64,000 nt of DNA from Oscillospiraceae bacterium (GCA_009780175.1 WRAO01000010.1:18585-82584), one strand, 5' to 3'; shown: positions 19,589 through 29,907, numbered from the stretch's first letter. Numbers and translations: made by a program. Notes: generated by a model from the sequence alone, not told the origin.

Positions 19589-20944
19589 ATGGACCGAATC
19601 ACACCCAGAACCCTATCCGGGTTCATGGAACTCTTACCAGAGGACCAAATCCGCTTTGACCGCATGGTGGAACTCATCCGTGAGAGCTTCTCCGTCTACG
19701 GCTTCACCCCACTGGACACCCCAGTGATCGAAGCCGCGGAAGTCCTGCTCGCCAAAGGCGGCGGAGAAACAGAGAAACAAATCTACCGCCTCACCAAAGG
19801 CGACAGCGACTTAGCGCTCCGCTTCGACCTCACCGTCCCACTCGCGAAATACGTGTCGATCCACTACGGTCAACTCGCCTTCCCCTTCCGCCGCTTCCAA
19901 ATCGGCAAAGTCTACCGCGGCGAACGCGCCCAACGCGGCCGCTTCCGCGAGTTTTACCAAGCCGACATCGACGTCATCGGAGACGGCGCCCTCGCCGTCA
20001 TCAACGAAGCCGAAATGCCGAGTGTGATCTACCATACCTTCCAGGCCCTCGGCCTCAAAGATTTCGTCATCCGCGTCAACAACCGTAAAGTCCTCAACGG
20101 CCTCTTCGCCGCAATGAACCTAGAGGACAAAGCCGGCGCCATCATGCAAACAGTCGATAAACTGGAAAAAATCGGCCTCACGCAAACAACCGCAATCCTG
20201 GTAGACGAACTCGGCGTCCCCAAAGACAGCGCCGACCGCCTCCTCGAACTGCTCACCTCCAGCCAGCGCGGCCAAAGCCCCGTCGGCATCCTCGCCTCCT
20301 ACATGGGCAAAAACGACCTCCTAGACGCCGGCATCGAAGAACTCCTCACCGTCGCCCGCTACATGGAAGCCTTCGGCGTCCCAGACACGCATTTCACCGT
20401 AGACCTCACCATCGCCCGCGGCCTGGATTACTACACCGGCACAGTCTACGAGACAATCATCCCCGCCCACCCCGAAATCGGCTCCATCTGCTCCGGCGGC
20501 CGATACGACAATCTCGCCGAATACTACACCGACAAAAAACTCCCTGGCGTAGGCATCTCCATCGGCCTCACCCGCCTGTTTTACGTACTCGAAGAGCAAA
20601 AATATCTCAACCCCGGCTTCCTCACCGCCCCGGCAGACGCCCTCATCCTCCCCATGACGGAAGACTGGGCCCCCGCCATCGCCTTCGCCACCGCCCTCCG
20701 CTCCATGGGCCTGCGGACACAGATTTATGGGGAAGAGAAGAAGTTCAAAAACAAAATGGGCTACGCCGATAAACTCGGCATCCCCTACGTCGTCTTCCTC
20801 GGCGAAGACGAAATCGCCGCAAACAAAGTAACCGTAAAAGACATGCACACCGGCGAACAAGAAACCCTCCCCGCAAGAGCCGCCGCCGAACGAATCGCCG
20901 CCGGCGTAAAACCCGGCCGGACCGCGAAACCGATTGGAGTGTAA
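19589..20944 (+). CDS. hisS: Histidine--tRNA ligase
   Basis: 451 aa. Class II motifs (FRRFQIGKVYRGERAQRGRFREFYQ, GGRYDNL) and a C-terminal anticodon-binding domain. Confidence 0.92.
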   Translation: MDRITPRTLSGFMELLPEDQIRFDRMVELIRESFSVYGFTPLDTPVIEAAEVLLAKGGGETEKQIYRLTKGDSDLALRFDLTVPLAKYVSIHYGQLAFPFRRFQIGKVYRGERAQRGRFREFYQADIDVIGDGALAVINEAEMPSVIYHTFQALGLKDFVIRVNNRKVLNGLFAAMNLEDKAGAIMQTVDKLEKIGLTQTTAILVDELGVPKDSADRLLELLTSSQRGQSPVGILASYMGKNDLLDAGIEELLTVARYMEAFGVPDTHFTVDLTIARGLDYYTGTVYETIIPAHPEIGSICSGGRYDNLAEYYTDKKLPGVGISIGLTRLFYVLEEQKYLNPGFLTAPADALILPMTEDWAPAIAFATALRSMGLRTQIYGEEKKFKNKMGYADKLGIPYVVFLGEDEIAANKVTVKDMHTGEQETLPARAAAERIAAGVKPGRTAKPIGV

Positions 20945-20998
20945 GCGTCCGAATAATAGTTCCCCACAGCCACATTATCCCCCCACAAGGAGGCCCCC

Positions 20999-22768
20999 AT
21001 GAACTTCAAACGCGACATCTACTGCGGCCACCCCCGCACCGCCGACATTGGCAAAACCCTCACCGTCTGCGGTTGGACCCAACGCCAACGCGACCTCGGC
21101 GGCCTTATTTTCATTGATCTTCGGGATCGCACCGGCATCCTCCAACTCGCCTTTGACGACGAAACAGACCGCGCCATATTTGAGCGCGCCGCCTCCGTAC
21201 GTTCCGAATACGTCCTCGCCGCACGCGGCATCCTCCGCGAACGCTCCTCCAAAAACCCGGACCTCCCAACCGGCGAAGTCGAACTCGCCGTCACCGAACT
21301 CCGCATCCTAGCCGAATCCGAAACCCCGCCCTTCGAAATCATCCCAGATGTGCAAACCAGCGAAGCCATCCGCCTCAAATACCGCTACTTAGATCTCAGA
21401 CGCCCGGATCTACAAAAAAACATCCTCCTCCGCCATCGCGTCGCAAAAGTCACACGGGACTATTTCGACGAAAACGGCTTCATCGAAATCGAAACCCCCA
21501 TGCTGATCCGGAGCACCCCCGAAGGCGCGCGGGACTTCCTCGTCCCCTCCCGCCTCCAACCCGGCAGCTTCTACGCTCTCCCCCAGTCTCCCCAGCTCTA
21601 CAAGCAACTCTCCATGGTAGCCGGCTTCGACCGCTACTTTCAACTCGCCCGCTGCTTTAGAGACGAAGACCTCAGAGCCGACCGCCAACCCGAATTCACC
21701 CAAATCGACCTCGAGATGAGCTTCGTGGACCTCGAAGACGTCCTCGCCATGGTCGAAGGCTACATGGCCCGCATCTTCCGCGAAATCCTGAACAAAGACC
21801 TAGCCCTCCCCCTCCGCCGCCTCACCTACGCCGAAGCCATCAACCTCTACGGCTCCGACAAACCCGACCTCCGCTACGACATGGCGATTGTTGACCTCAC
21901 CGAAACCGTGAAAAACTCCGGCTTCGCCGTCTTCACCGGCGCCATCGAGGCCGGCGGCAGCGTGCGCGGCATCGTCGCGAAAAACGCCGTAGACACCCTC
22001 TCCCGCAAAGAGGTAGACAAGCTCACCGAGTTCATCCGCGGCGTCGGCGGCAAAGGCGTCGCCTGGGCCCGCCTCTCGGCAGACGGCACGACCTCCTCCT
22101 TTTCCAAATTTATGACCGACACAGAGATGGAGCAAATCCTCACCGTCACCGGCGCCGAACCAGGAGACGTCCTCCTCCTCATCGCAGACGGCTCCAACAA
22201 CTCCGTCCTCAGCCAACTCGGCATGCTCCGCATCGAAGTCGCCAAACGCCTTGGCCTGACCAACTCCGACCAAATGAACCCCTTCTGGGTCATCGACTTC
22301 CCCTTCTTCGAGAAAAACGAAGAAACCGGCGAATACGAACCCAAACACCACGCCTTCACCTCGCCCACAGACGACACGATGCAATACCTAGAAACCGACC
22401 AAGCCAAAGTACTCGCCAAAGCCTACGACCTCGTCATGAACGGCATCGAACTCTCCTCCGGCTCCATCCGCATCACAAACGCCGACCTTCAACAGCGCAT
22501 CTTCCAAATCCTGGGCCTCAGCCCAGAGGAAAGCCAACGCAAATTCGGCTTCCTGCTCGACGCCTTCCGCTACGGCGCCCCCCCCCACGGCGGCATGGCC
22601 CTCGGCCTGGACCGCCTCGTCATGCAGCTAACCGGCGCCGAAAGCCTCCGCGATGTTGTCGCCTTCCCCAAACTCAAAGACGCCTCCGAAGCCATGACCA
22701 ACTGCCCAGACGGCGTAGAGCCCGCCCACCTAAAAGAACTGGGCCTCGCGCAAGTCCCGGTCAAGTAA
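20999..22768 (+). CDS. aspS: Aspartate--tRNA ligase
   Basis: 589 aa. N-terminal OB (GW....RDLGGLIFIDLRD..G), QSPQLYKQ, FRDEDLRADRQPEFTQID and GGMALGLDR motifs. Confidence 0.95.
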   Translation: MNFKRDIYCGHPRTADIGKTLTVCGWTQRQRDLGGLIFIDLRDRTGILQLAFDDETDRAIFERAASVRSEYVLAARGILRERSSKNPDLPTGEVELAVTELRILAESETPPFEIIPDVQTSEAIRLKYRYLDLRRPDLQKNILLRHRVAKVTRDYFDENGFIEIETPMLIRSTPEGARDFLVPSRLQPGSFYALPQSPQLYKQLSMVAGFDRYFQLARCFRDEDLRADRQPEFTQIDLEMSFVDLEDVLAMVEGYMARIFREILNKDLALPLRRLTYAEAINLYGSDKPDLRYDMAIVDLTETVKNSGFAVFTGAIEAGGSVRGIVAKNAVDTLSRKEVDKLTEFIRGVGGKGVAWARLSADGTTSSFSKFMTDTEMEQILTVTGAEPGDVLLLIADGSNNSVLSQLGMLRIEVAKRLGLTNSDQMNPFWVIDFPFFEKNEETGEYEPKHHAFTSPTDDTMQYLETDQAKVLAKAYDLVMNGIELSSGSIRITNADLQQRIFQILGLSPEESQRKFGFLLDAFRYGAPPHGGMALGLDRLVMQLTGAESLRDVVAFPKLKDASEAMTNCPDGVEPAHLKELGLAQVPVK

Positions 22769-22785
22769 ATTAGGAGGACGCGCGT

Positions 22786-23106
22786 ATGCCATTGTTTCTT
22801 GTTGCAATAACAGTTGCAGCAATCGTTATCGCAATGTCTGTCCGAGCCGCGCAAAAAGATAGCTTGGGCTGGCTAAAAAGCAGAGGAATCGATTGCGTTG
22901 TGTTTATTGCAACGTTCACATCCTTCCTTTTTTCAGTTGGCATAACAGGCAGAATCGCGATTTACGTATCTGAATACAATGCCTCCGTTGCTACGATCAT
23001 GGGCAGCTTGACAATGAATCTCGCACTCTTTTTCGTCCCCGGTCTTCTATCCATAGCATCCTTAATTTTGGCCGTTCGGCTCCTACAACGCACCCCAAAA
23101 GAATAG
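22786..23106 (+). CDS. Small hypothetical membrane protein
   Basis: 106 aa with about 3 predicted TM segments, starting 18 nt after aspS. No recognisable family. Confidence 0.5.
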   Translation: MPLFLVAITVAAIVIAMSVRAAQKDSLGWLKSRGIDCVVFIATFTSFLFSVGITGRIAIYVSEYNASVATIMGSLTMNLALFFVPGLLSIASLILAVRLLQRTPKE

Positions 23107-23110
23107 CGCC

Positions 23111-23140
23111 AAGCCCCCCGCCAACCCGGCGAGGGGCTTT
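23111..23140. terminator. Hairpin between convergent genes
   Basis: AAGCCCCcCGCC-aacc-cGGCGaGGGGCTT followed by T-rich sequence. Confidence 0.5.
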
Positions 23141-23145
23141 TCCTA

Positions 23146-23718
23146 TCAGCGAAACCGCTCCCGAAACCAATTATGCCGCCCATCCCCGTGGAAAAACAGA
23201 TAATTCGGCGTCCTGGCAAAGGGCGGATACACCTTCGCCGCCTCGCCCCTATCCCAAGCGTCAAGCACCTCGACCACCATCTCCCGAATCTCGTCCGTCA
23301 CCGGGAACCGCGAACTATACCCATGAAACTGCCCCGGCGACCGAACAATCCCGATCAGCGACCCGCCATAAAACCCATGCTCCAAGCGGTTAATCACCGT
23401 CCAGACCACTAACTTCTGCTCATTGCGCGACACCCCCCGCGCCTCCCCCCAGACCATGCGGGAGATTACAACGACACATTCCTCCGTCCACCGCACGGGG
23501 ACATAGGGCAGGAGCCATTCCTCTTCCGCAAGCAGCTCCTCCGCCACAGCCCTCTGCTTCTCAATCAAAAACAGCTCTTCCGGCGGATATGCAGGCTCCG
23601 CACACGCTGCCTCCTGCTCCACATAATACGAATCCGCCTCTTCTTCCACCTCATCCAACGCCCAGACAGGCACAATCACAAATAAAAGACACACGATGGC
23701 GATCGCAAAACGTTTCAT
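23146..23718 (-). CDS. Secreted SleB-like cell wall hydrolase (Hydrolase_2 family)
   Basis: 190 aa. Signal peptide MKRFAIAIVCLLFVIVPVWA. MVWGEARGVS..EQ..VVWTVINR and SPGQFHGY are characteristic of SleB/CwlJ-type hydrolases. Confidence 0.8.
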   Translation of the reverse strand: MKRFAIAIVCLLFVIVPVWALDEVEEEADSYYVEQEAACAEPAYPPEELFLIEKQRAVAEELLAEEEWLLPYVPVRWTEECVVVISRMVWGEARGVSRNEQKLVVWTVINRLEHGFYGGSLIGIVRSPGQFHGYSSRFPVTDEIREMVVEVLDAWDRGEAAKVYPPFARTPNYLFFHGDGRHNWFRERFR

Positions 23719-23802
23719 CTTGGGTAACCTCCCTCTTTCCTGGGAAGGATACCCAAATCAGTTGATTCATAACCTTTTCTTCTCTATACTGATATTTTTA
23801 TG

Positions 23803-24227
23803 AGCCTGCGGCTCGCTTTGCTCGTTTCGCTGAGGCGAGGTACTTTTTTGCGTTGGCAAAAAAGTACCCAAAAAAGCAATTTAAGAGAAACCAATTGGTT
23901 TCTCTTAAAAATCTCTTCCTTTTGAACTTTTAACCCGTACACATTCAAGTCGCGCACTTCCGCCTCGCCCGGCGGAAACAAGTCCGCTTACGGACAAGCA
24001 CCGCACACTCAATCGCACCCACCGCACAAGAACACGCCCGTCCGAAAGTGACCTAAACCTCCGCCGGCAGGCGGAACCACAAACCCCAAACACCCACAAA
24101 CCAAAAGTCAAATGGGGGTCGTCAGGGGGCCAAGCCCCCTGACGCGCATTTTTTTGCGTACTTTTTTTGGGCAAGACCAAAAAAAGTATGTCGCCCTCGG
24201 CGAAACGAGCGCAGCGAGCCGCAGGCT
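23803..24227. repeat. MITE-like non-coding element with ~48-bp terminal inverted repeats
   Basis: The left arm AGCCTGCGGCTCGCTTTGCTCGTTTCGCTGAGGCGAGGTACTTTTTTG (23803-23850) matches the reverse complement of 24180-24227 at about 42/48 positions. Each arm adjoins a GTAC-T7-G...C-A7-GTAC type hairpin. The internal hairpin GTCAGGGGGCCAAGCCCCCTGAC lies at 24121-24143. Confidence 0.7.
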
Positions 24228-24328
24228 AATAAAATAGGTTTTCTAAAAGAAAGAACCGAGCCGCCCAGGTGCGCAGCCCCACAAAAAAGGCACAATAAAA
24301 AACCACATGCGCAACCATGCAATGGCCC

Positions 24329-27300
24329 CTAAAACAAACTAACCTGACTGCTATCCGGCAACCCCTCCAAAACCCCAAGCTGCCGCAGCTGCTCCACATG
24401 CGCCGACGAAACCTTCGGACACCGCGTCTCAAACTCCTCAATCGAAAGAAACGGCCCGTCCGCCCGATAGGTAACAATATCCACAGCCGCGGCCTCGCCA
24501 AGCCCCGCCACCGCCGTAAACGGCGGAATCAGCGTGTCGCCCTCGACAAGAAACCGCAACGCGTCCGATTTATACAGATCAATCGGCCCAAACGTAAACC
24601 CCCGGAGATGCATCTCATAGCACACCTCCAAAGTGACCAACATCGCCTCCTCCACCGAAGCCGGGTCCGGATTGGAGTTGATCGCGTCTATCTTCGCCCG
24701 GATCACATCGAGCCCCCGGCACATAAACGCCGCGTCAAACGCCTTCGCGCGGACGGTAAAATACGCGCTATAAAACGCCAACGGCCGATGCACCTTAAAC
24801 CAAGCGATCCGAAACGCCATCATAACATAAGCCACCGCGTGCGCCTTCGGAAACAGATACTTAATCTTCTCGCAAGACTCAATATACCACCCCGGCACCC
24901 CGGCGCCCTCCATCGCGGCCTTCCAGTTTGGCCGGAGCCCCCGCCCCTTCCGCACAGACTCCATAATATCAAACGCCATACTCTCCTCGACACCTTTCGC
25001 CATCAAAAAGAGCATAATATCATCCCGGCACCCGATGACCTGATTGATCGTAGCCGTCCCGCCCAAAATCAAATCCTTCGCGTTCCCAAGCCAAACGTCC
25101 GTACCATGCGAAAATCCGGATAAGCGGATCAGCGTATCAAACGCCTCCGGCTGCGTATCCGCAAGCATCTCCCGCGTAAACCGCGTCCCAAACTCCGGCA
25201 CCGCAATACTCCCCGTCTTGCCGATAATCGGATCATCCTCCGGCAACCCAAGCCCCAGCGGCGAGCAAAAAATCCCCATCGTCTCCGGATCATCCAGCGA
25301 AATCGTCCGCGGATCAATCCCCGTCAAATCCTGCAAATACCGCAGCATACTCGGATCATCATGCCCCAGAATATCCAGCTTGAGCAGCGTATCTTCCATA
25401 TCATGATAATCAAAATGGGTGGTGATAATGCCGGAATCCTTGTTGTCTGCCGGATGCTGTACGGGGCAGAAATCGGAGATTTCCTTATCCCCCGGAATAA
25501 TAACCAGTCCCCCCGGATGCTGGCCCGTGGTACGTTTGACCCCCACCAGCCCCGCCGTAAGCCGATTCTCCTCCGCCCGCGTAACCACACGCCCCTGCTC
25601 ATCGAGATAATTCTTCACATACCCATAAGCCGTCTTAGACGCCAGCGTCCCCACCGTACCCGACCGAAACACATGCGCCGCCCCAAAGAGCGAAATCGTC
25701 TCCTTATGCGCCCGCGCCTGATATTCCCCCGAAAAGTTGAGATCAATATCCGGCGTCTTATCCCCTTTGAACCCAAGAAAGGTGGCAAAGGGAATATCAA
25801 ACCCATCCTTCTGATACGCCGCACCGCAGTTCGGACAAGTCGCGTCCGGCATATCAGCCCCACACCCATACTCCGCCCCAGCCTTAAAATCCGCGTGCTT
25901 ACACTGCGGACACCGATAATGCGGCTTGAGCGCATTGACCTCCGTAATCCCCGACAAATAAGCCACAATACTAGACCCCACCGACCCCCGCGAGCCGACA
26001 AGGTACCCCGCCTTCAGGCTCCCCTCCACCAACTTCTGCGCGCTCATGTAAATAACATCATAATCCGCATCCGTAATCGGATCCAATTCCTCTTTCACCC
26101 GAACCCGAACCTCCACCGGCGGCTCGGATCCATACAAATCCTCCAGCTTGGAATAAACCAAATTCTCCAGCTGCGCCTTCGACCCCTCGATCTTCGGCGA
26201 ATGCAAGGTCATCGGCAGCGGCGGCATACTCTCGCACCCCTCCGCAATCCGCTGCGGATTCTCCACAACCACCTCATGCGCCTTCGCCTCACCCAGATAA
26301 GCAAACTCCGCGAGCATCTCATCCGTGGACTTTAAATAAAGCGGCAGCGGCTTATTCGCCCCGTCCATCTTCTTACTCGCCAGCAAAATCCGCCGATATT
26401 CCTCATGCTCCGGATGCAAAAAATGCACATCCCCCGTAGCGACCACAGGCTTCCCGAGCTCCTCGCCCAACCGAACAATCTCACGGTTCAAATCCCGCAA
26501 CCCTTCGATATTCTTGACCTTGCCGATATCCAGGAGAAACATATTGTTGCACACAGGCTGAATTTCCAGATAATCATAAAACTTCGCCAGACGAACGACC
26601 TCTTCCCGCGGCTTCCCGTCCAAAAGCGCGGAAAACACCTCCCCCGCCTCACAAGCCGAGCCGACGATCAGACCCTCCCGATGCGTCATCAACAAACTCT
26701 TCGGAATCCGCGGCACCCGCCGAAAATGATCCAAATGGCTGAACGAGATCAGCTTATACAAATTCTTGAGCCCCGCCTGATTCCGCGCCAGGAGAATGAT
26801 GTGCCGGTTCGGCCCGCTCTGCCGTCCCCCGCCCTCTTCACCCGAGGCCGCCAAATGCGGCGCGATCCCATCCACCGTCTCCACCCCCGCCTCACCGAGC
26901 CGAGCCAGAAACACCTCCATCATATGCGCGACCGTCTTCGCGTCATCCACCGCGCGATGGTGATTAAACGAAGGCAGCCCCAGATACTCCGCAACCAGAT
27001 TCAGCCTATGCTTCTGAAGCCCCGGCAAAAGCGCCTGCGCCATCGGCAAGGTATCGATGGCAACCTTATCCAACGCCACCCCCACCCGCTCCGCGGTCGC
27101 GCGCAAAAATCCCATATCAAACGGCGCATTGTGCGCAACCAGCGGACAATCCCCCGCAAACGCAAGAAATGCCCGCAACGCGTCCCCCGGCTCCGGCGCG
27201 CCCGCCACATCGGAATCCTTGATGCCCGTAATCTTCGTAATATTATAAGGAATCGGCTTCCCGGGATTCACAAACGTCTGAAACGTCTCCAAAATCTCCC

Positions 27301-28318
27301 CGCCCCGAAACCGCACAGCCCCGATCTCCGTGATCGCCTCCTGATTGGGATTAAGCCCCGTCGTCTCCAAGTCAAACGCCACAAATTCACTGTCCAGCGG
27401 CAGCGGGCAAGGCCCGGAGACTACGAGCTTGTCATCGCAATCGTTGACAAAATACCCCTCCAGCCCGTAAATCACCTTGATCCCACACTTCTTCCCCGCC
27501 TTATACGCCTCCGGAAAGCTATGCGCCACCCCATGGTCCGTAACCGCAATCGCCGCATGCCCCCACCGCGCCGCCTGGTCGACAGCATCCCCCGTCCGCG
27601 TCAATCCGTCCAACTGAGACATCTGCGTGTGCAAATGCAGCTCCACACGCTTCCCCTCCGCCGTATCCGCCCGCTCCGGCGCCTCGCCGACCCAGATATC
27701 CGTCGGCTCAAGGCTCAAATCTCCATCATACCGGTTAAAACTCACACTGCCCCGCACATGGAGATACATCCCGCTCTTAATCTTATCGCAGAGCGGCGCC
27801 CCCTCTTTGGCATCGGGAAAAAACTTGGAAACCCGCAGACTATTCGTATAATCCGTAATGCAAAAGCTGAGCACCCAAGCATTCCGCTTCTCCAAATAGC
27901 GATGCTCCGCGGCGAAAACCTCCCCCGCGATATGCACCCTGCCAGATTCGAGATTCACCTCCCGCATCGGGACAGGCGCGCCTTTCATAGCCTTGCCAAA
28001 CAGCGCTTGTCCGCTCTTGCTTGGCCCGCCAGACCCAGCCCCGCTCGTTGCCGCACCGCCGCCCGAACCGGAAACCGCCGCCGGCGTCTCCGCCCGCAGG
28101 CGGACACTGTTCAACCCATACGCCGCCATAATTTCGCGTTCGATGGCAGACCGCTCCACCGGCGCCACATCCTTCGAAAACCGGATCGTGAGGTCCATAT
28201 GTAAGCGCTCACGCTCAATGACAACCGCCGGAATCAAAGCGTCAGAAAGTAATTCCCGCTGCCAAGGCTCGTCCTTACAGCAGTCAAACATATCATAAAA
28301 AAGATGTGCTTTGCTCAT
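24329..28318 (-). CDS. polC: DNA polymerase III alpha subunit, PolC type
   Basis: 1329 aa. Internal DEDDh exonuclease (FVAFDLETTGL, HNAPFDMGFL, HRAVDDA) inserted in the PHP domain, a Zn-finger (CPQC....CPNC), and a C-terminus ...SQVSLF typical of PolC. Confidence 0.95.
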   Translation of the reverse strand: MSKAHLFYDMFDCCKDEPWQRELLSDALIPAVVIERERLHMDLTIRFSKDVAPVERSAIEREIMAAYGLNSVRLRAETPAAVSGSGGGAATSGAGSGGPSKSGQALFGKAMKGAPVPMREVNLESGRVHIAGEVFAAEHRYLEKRNAWVLSFCITDYTNSLRVSKFFPDAKEGAPLCDKIKSGMYLHVRGSVSFNRYDGDLSLEPTDIWVGEAPERADTAEGKRVELHLHTQMSQLDGLTRTGDAVDQAARWGHAAIAVTDHGVAHSFPEAYKAGKKCGIKVIYGLEGYFVNDCDDKLVVSGPCPLPLDSEFVAFDLETTGLNPNQEAITEIGAVRFRGGEILETFQTFVNPGKPIPYNITKITGIKDSDVAGAPEPGDALRAFLAFAGDCPLVAHNAPFDMGFLRATAERVGVALDKVAIDTLPMAQALLPGLQKHRLNLVAEYLGLPSFNHHRAVDDAKTVAHMMEVFLARLGEAGVETVDGIAPHLAASGEEGGGRQSGPNRHIILLARNQAGLKNLYKLISFSHLDHFRRVPRIPKSLLMTHREGLIVGSACEAGEVFSALLDGKPREEVVRLAKFYDYLEIQPVCNNMFLLDIGKVKNIEGLRDLNREIVRLGEELGKPVVATGDVHFLHPEHEEYRRILLASKKMDGANKPLPLYLKSTDEMLAEFAYLGEAKAHEVVVENPQRIAEGCESMPPLPMTLHSPKIEGSKAQLENLVYSKLEDLYGSEPPVEVRVRVKEELDPITDADYDVIYMSAQKLVEGSLKAGYLVGSRGSVGSSIVAYLSGITEVNALKPHYRCPQCKHADFKAGAEYGCGADMPDATCPNCGAAYQKDGFDIPFATFLGFKGDKTPDIDLNFSGEYQARAHKETISLFGAAHVFRSGTVGTLASKTAYGYVKNYLDEQGRVVTRAEENRLTAGLVGVKRTTGQHPGGLVIIPGDKEISDFCPVQHPADNKDSGIITTHFDYHDMEDTLLKLDILGHDDPSMLRYLQDLTGIDPRTISLDDPETMGIFCSPLGLGLPEDDPIIGKTGSIAVPEFGTRFTREMLADTQPEAFDTLIRLSGFSHGTDVWLGNAKDLILGGTATINQVIGCRDDIMLFLMAKGVEESMAFDIMESVRKGRGLRPNWKAAMEGAGVPGWYIESCEKIKYLFPKAHAVAYVMMAFRIAWFKVHRPLAFYSAYFTVRAKAFDAAFMCRGLDVIRAKIDAINSNPDPASVEEAMLVTLEVCYEMHLRGFTFGPIDLYKSDALRFLVEGDTLIPPFTAVAGLGEAAAVDIVTYRADGPFLSIEEFETRCPKVSSAHVEQLRQLGVLEGLPDSSQVSLF

Positions 28319-28420
28319 CGTATATCCTCGTTTGTATGTTGTATCATGTATACATGTTTCTTGGTTTTTTCATTGTGATCGCTTTTCATGCACCCATCAT
28401 ATTCCCAATATCCCCGCTTC

Positions 28421-28489
28421 GTAGGGCGAGGGCTCTGCCCTCGCCGTTCTTCCGTTTGACAGGCGGCAATGGCAAAGCCCTCGCCCTAC
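28421..28489. repeat. GC-rich palindromic (REP-like) element
   Basis: GTAGGGCGAGGGC (28421-28433) pairs with GCCCTCGCCCTAC (28477-28489), with a nested GAGGGCtctGCCCTC. The style resembles the element at 19490-19551. Confidence 0.65.
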
Positions 28490-28602
28490 GCCACCAACTA
28501 ACGAATCGTGTTCATAGGAATATATTTTACACAGCACATGGGGGCGGCCATTGGCCGTCCGCTCTCTTCATCATGCATTGATATTGGGACAACGGCCACA
28601 CC

Positions 28603-29640
28603 CTACAACTCCCCAATCAACCCAAAAAGCGCATCCACCAGCCCATCCATCGGCGCCTTCCCCACAATCTCACCATGCCGGAACAGAAGACCTTCCCCCC
28701 TGCCCCCCGCAATCCCAAAATCCGCCGCCGAAGCTTCGCCGGGCCCATTCACCGCACAGCCCATAACCGCAACAGTAATCTCCCGCGTACTCCCCAGAAG
28801 CCGCCGCTCAACCTCCTGCGCGAGAGGCACCAGATCAATATTACACCGCCCGCAAGTCGGGCAAGAGATAATATTCGGCCCAAACTGCCGCAGCCCAATC
28901 CCCTGCAAAATCGCCCGCGCCGCCCGAATCTCCTCCACCGGATCATCCGTCAGCGACACCCGAATCGTGTCCCCAATCCCGTCCAGCAGCAAACTCCCAA
29001 TCCCAATCGCGCTCTTAATCGTCCCCATATAAGCCGTCCCCGCCTCCGTGACCCCGAGGTGGAGCGGATAGCTCGTCCGCCGGTGTAACAGCCGATAAGC
29101 CGCCACCGTGTCCGGCACGCTGGAACTCTTCACAGAGAGGCAAATATCGTCAAAATCAAAACGATTGAGGAGCGCGACATGATACAGCGCGCTCTCCACC
29201 ATCGCCTCCGGCGTATGTCCAAAGCGGTCCACAATCTCCCGCTCCAAAGACCCGCCATTGACCCCAATCCGAATCGGCAGCCCCCTCCGAATACAGTCCT
29301 GCGCCACCGCCCGCACATGCGCATCGCCGCCGATGTTGCCGGGGTTAATCCGTATCCCCGAAGCCCCCGCCGCCGCGGCCTCCAAGGCCAGCCGATAGTC
29401 AAAATGAATATCCGCCACCAGCGGAATCCCCACCTGCTCGCGGATCGGCCCAAAGGCCTTCGCCGCCGCCATGTCCGGCACAGCAAGCCGCACCAGCTCA
29501 CACCCCGCCGCCTCCAGCCGCCGAATCTGGGCCACAGTAGCCGCAATATCGTCCGTCTTCGTCGTCGTCATAGACTGCACAACAACAGGGGCGCCGCCAC
29601 CCACGGTGACGCCGCCCACAGTGATGGTCTTTCGTATCAT
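28603..29640 (-). CDS. ispG: 4-hydroxy-3-methylbut-2-en-1-yl diphosphate synthase (flavodoxin)
   Basis: ORF 28603..29688. The preferred start is ATG 29640 (MIRKTITVGGVTVGGGAPVVVQSMT, the canonical IspG N-terminus). The C-terminal CPTCGRC...GC.VNGPGE forms the Fe-S cluster motif. Confidence 0.92.
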   Translation of the reverse strand: MIRKTITVGGVTVGGGAPVVVQSMTTTKTDDIAATVAQIRRLEAAGCELVRLAVPDMAAAKAFGPIREQVGIPLVADIHFDYRLALEAAAAGASGIRINPGNIGGDAHVRAVAQDCIRRGLPIRIGVNGGSLEREIVDRFGHTPEAMVESALYHVALLNRFDFDDICLSVKSSSVPDTVAAYRLLHRRTSYPLHLGVTEAGTAYMGTIKSAIGIGSLLLDGIGDTIRVSLTDDPVEEIRAARAILQGIGLRQFGPNIISCPTCGRCNIDLVPLAQEVERRLLGSTREITVAVMGCAVNGPGEASAADFGIAGGRGEGLLFRHGEIVGKAPMDGLVDALFGLIGEL

Positions 29641-29776
29641 GTTCAAGGCTTTTGTCCTTTCTTGCATATGTATCATCGCGTACAACATCGGTATCCGGGC
29701 GGCAGAATGCCGCCCCTACATTGGAATGCGCTTCGTAAGGTCGGCATCCTGCCGCCCGTCCGCATCGCGCCGCAAA

Positions 29777-29885
29777 GGCTCCTTTTCCAAAGGAGCCGCC
29801 ACTGGCATTCCTTCCGCCGAGCCAATCGCTTCGCTCCCCAGGCGTCAGTTATGTCAGCAAAGCTGACTGAGGATGTCCCTCCCCC
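29777..29885 (+). repeat. Dispersed intergenic repeat, copy P (same family as 63249-63495)
   Basis: GGCTCCTTTTCCAAAGGAGCC...CATTCCTTCCGCCGAGCCAATCGCTTCGCTCCCCAGGCGTCAGTTATGTCAGCAAAGCTGACTGAGGAT. By eye it is roughly 88% identical to the reverse complement of 63391-63495. Confidence 0.8.
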
Positions 29886-29907
29886 GCCGAAGACAGGAGA
29901 ACATTCC

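Noticed and set aside
24317-28204. Series of long + strand ORFs (24317..25123, 25361..26335, 26405..28204).
   Set aside because: All lie antisense within polC, have an Arg/Pro/Leu-rich composition, and show no domain signatures.
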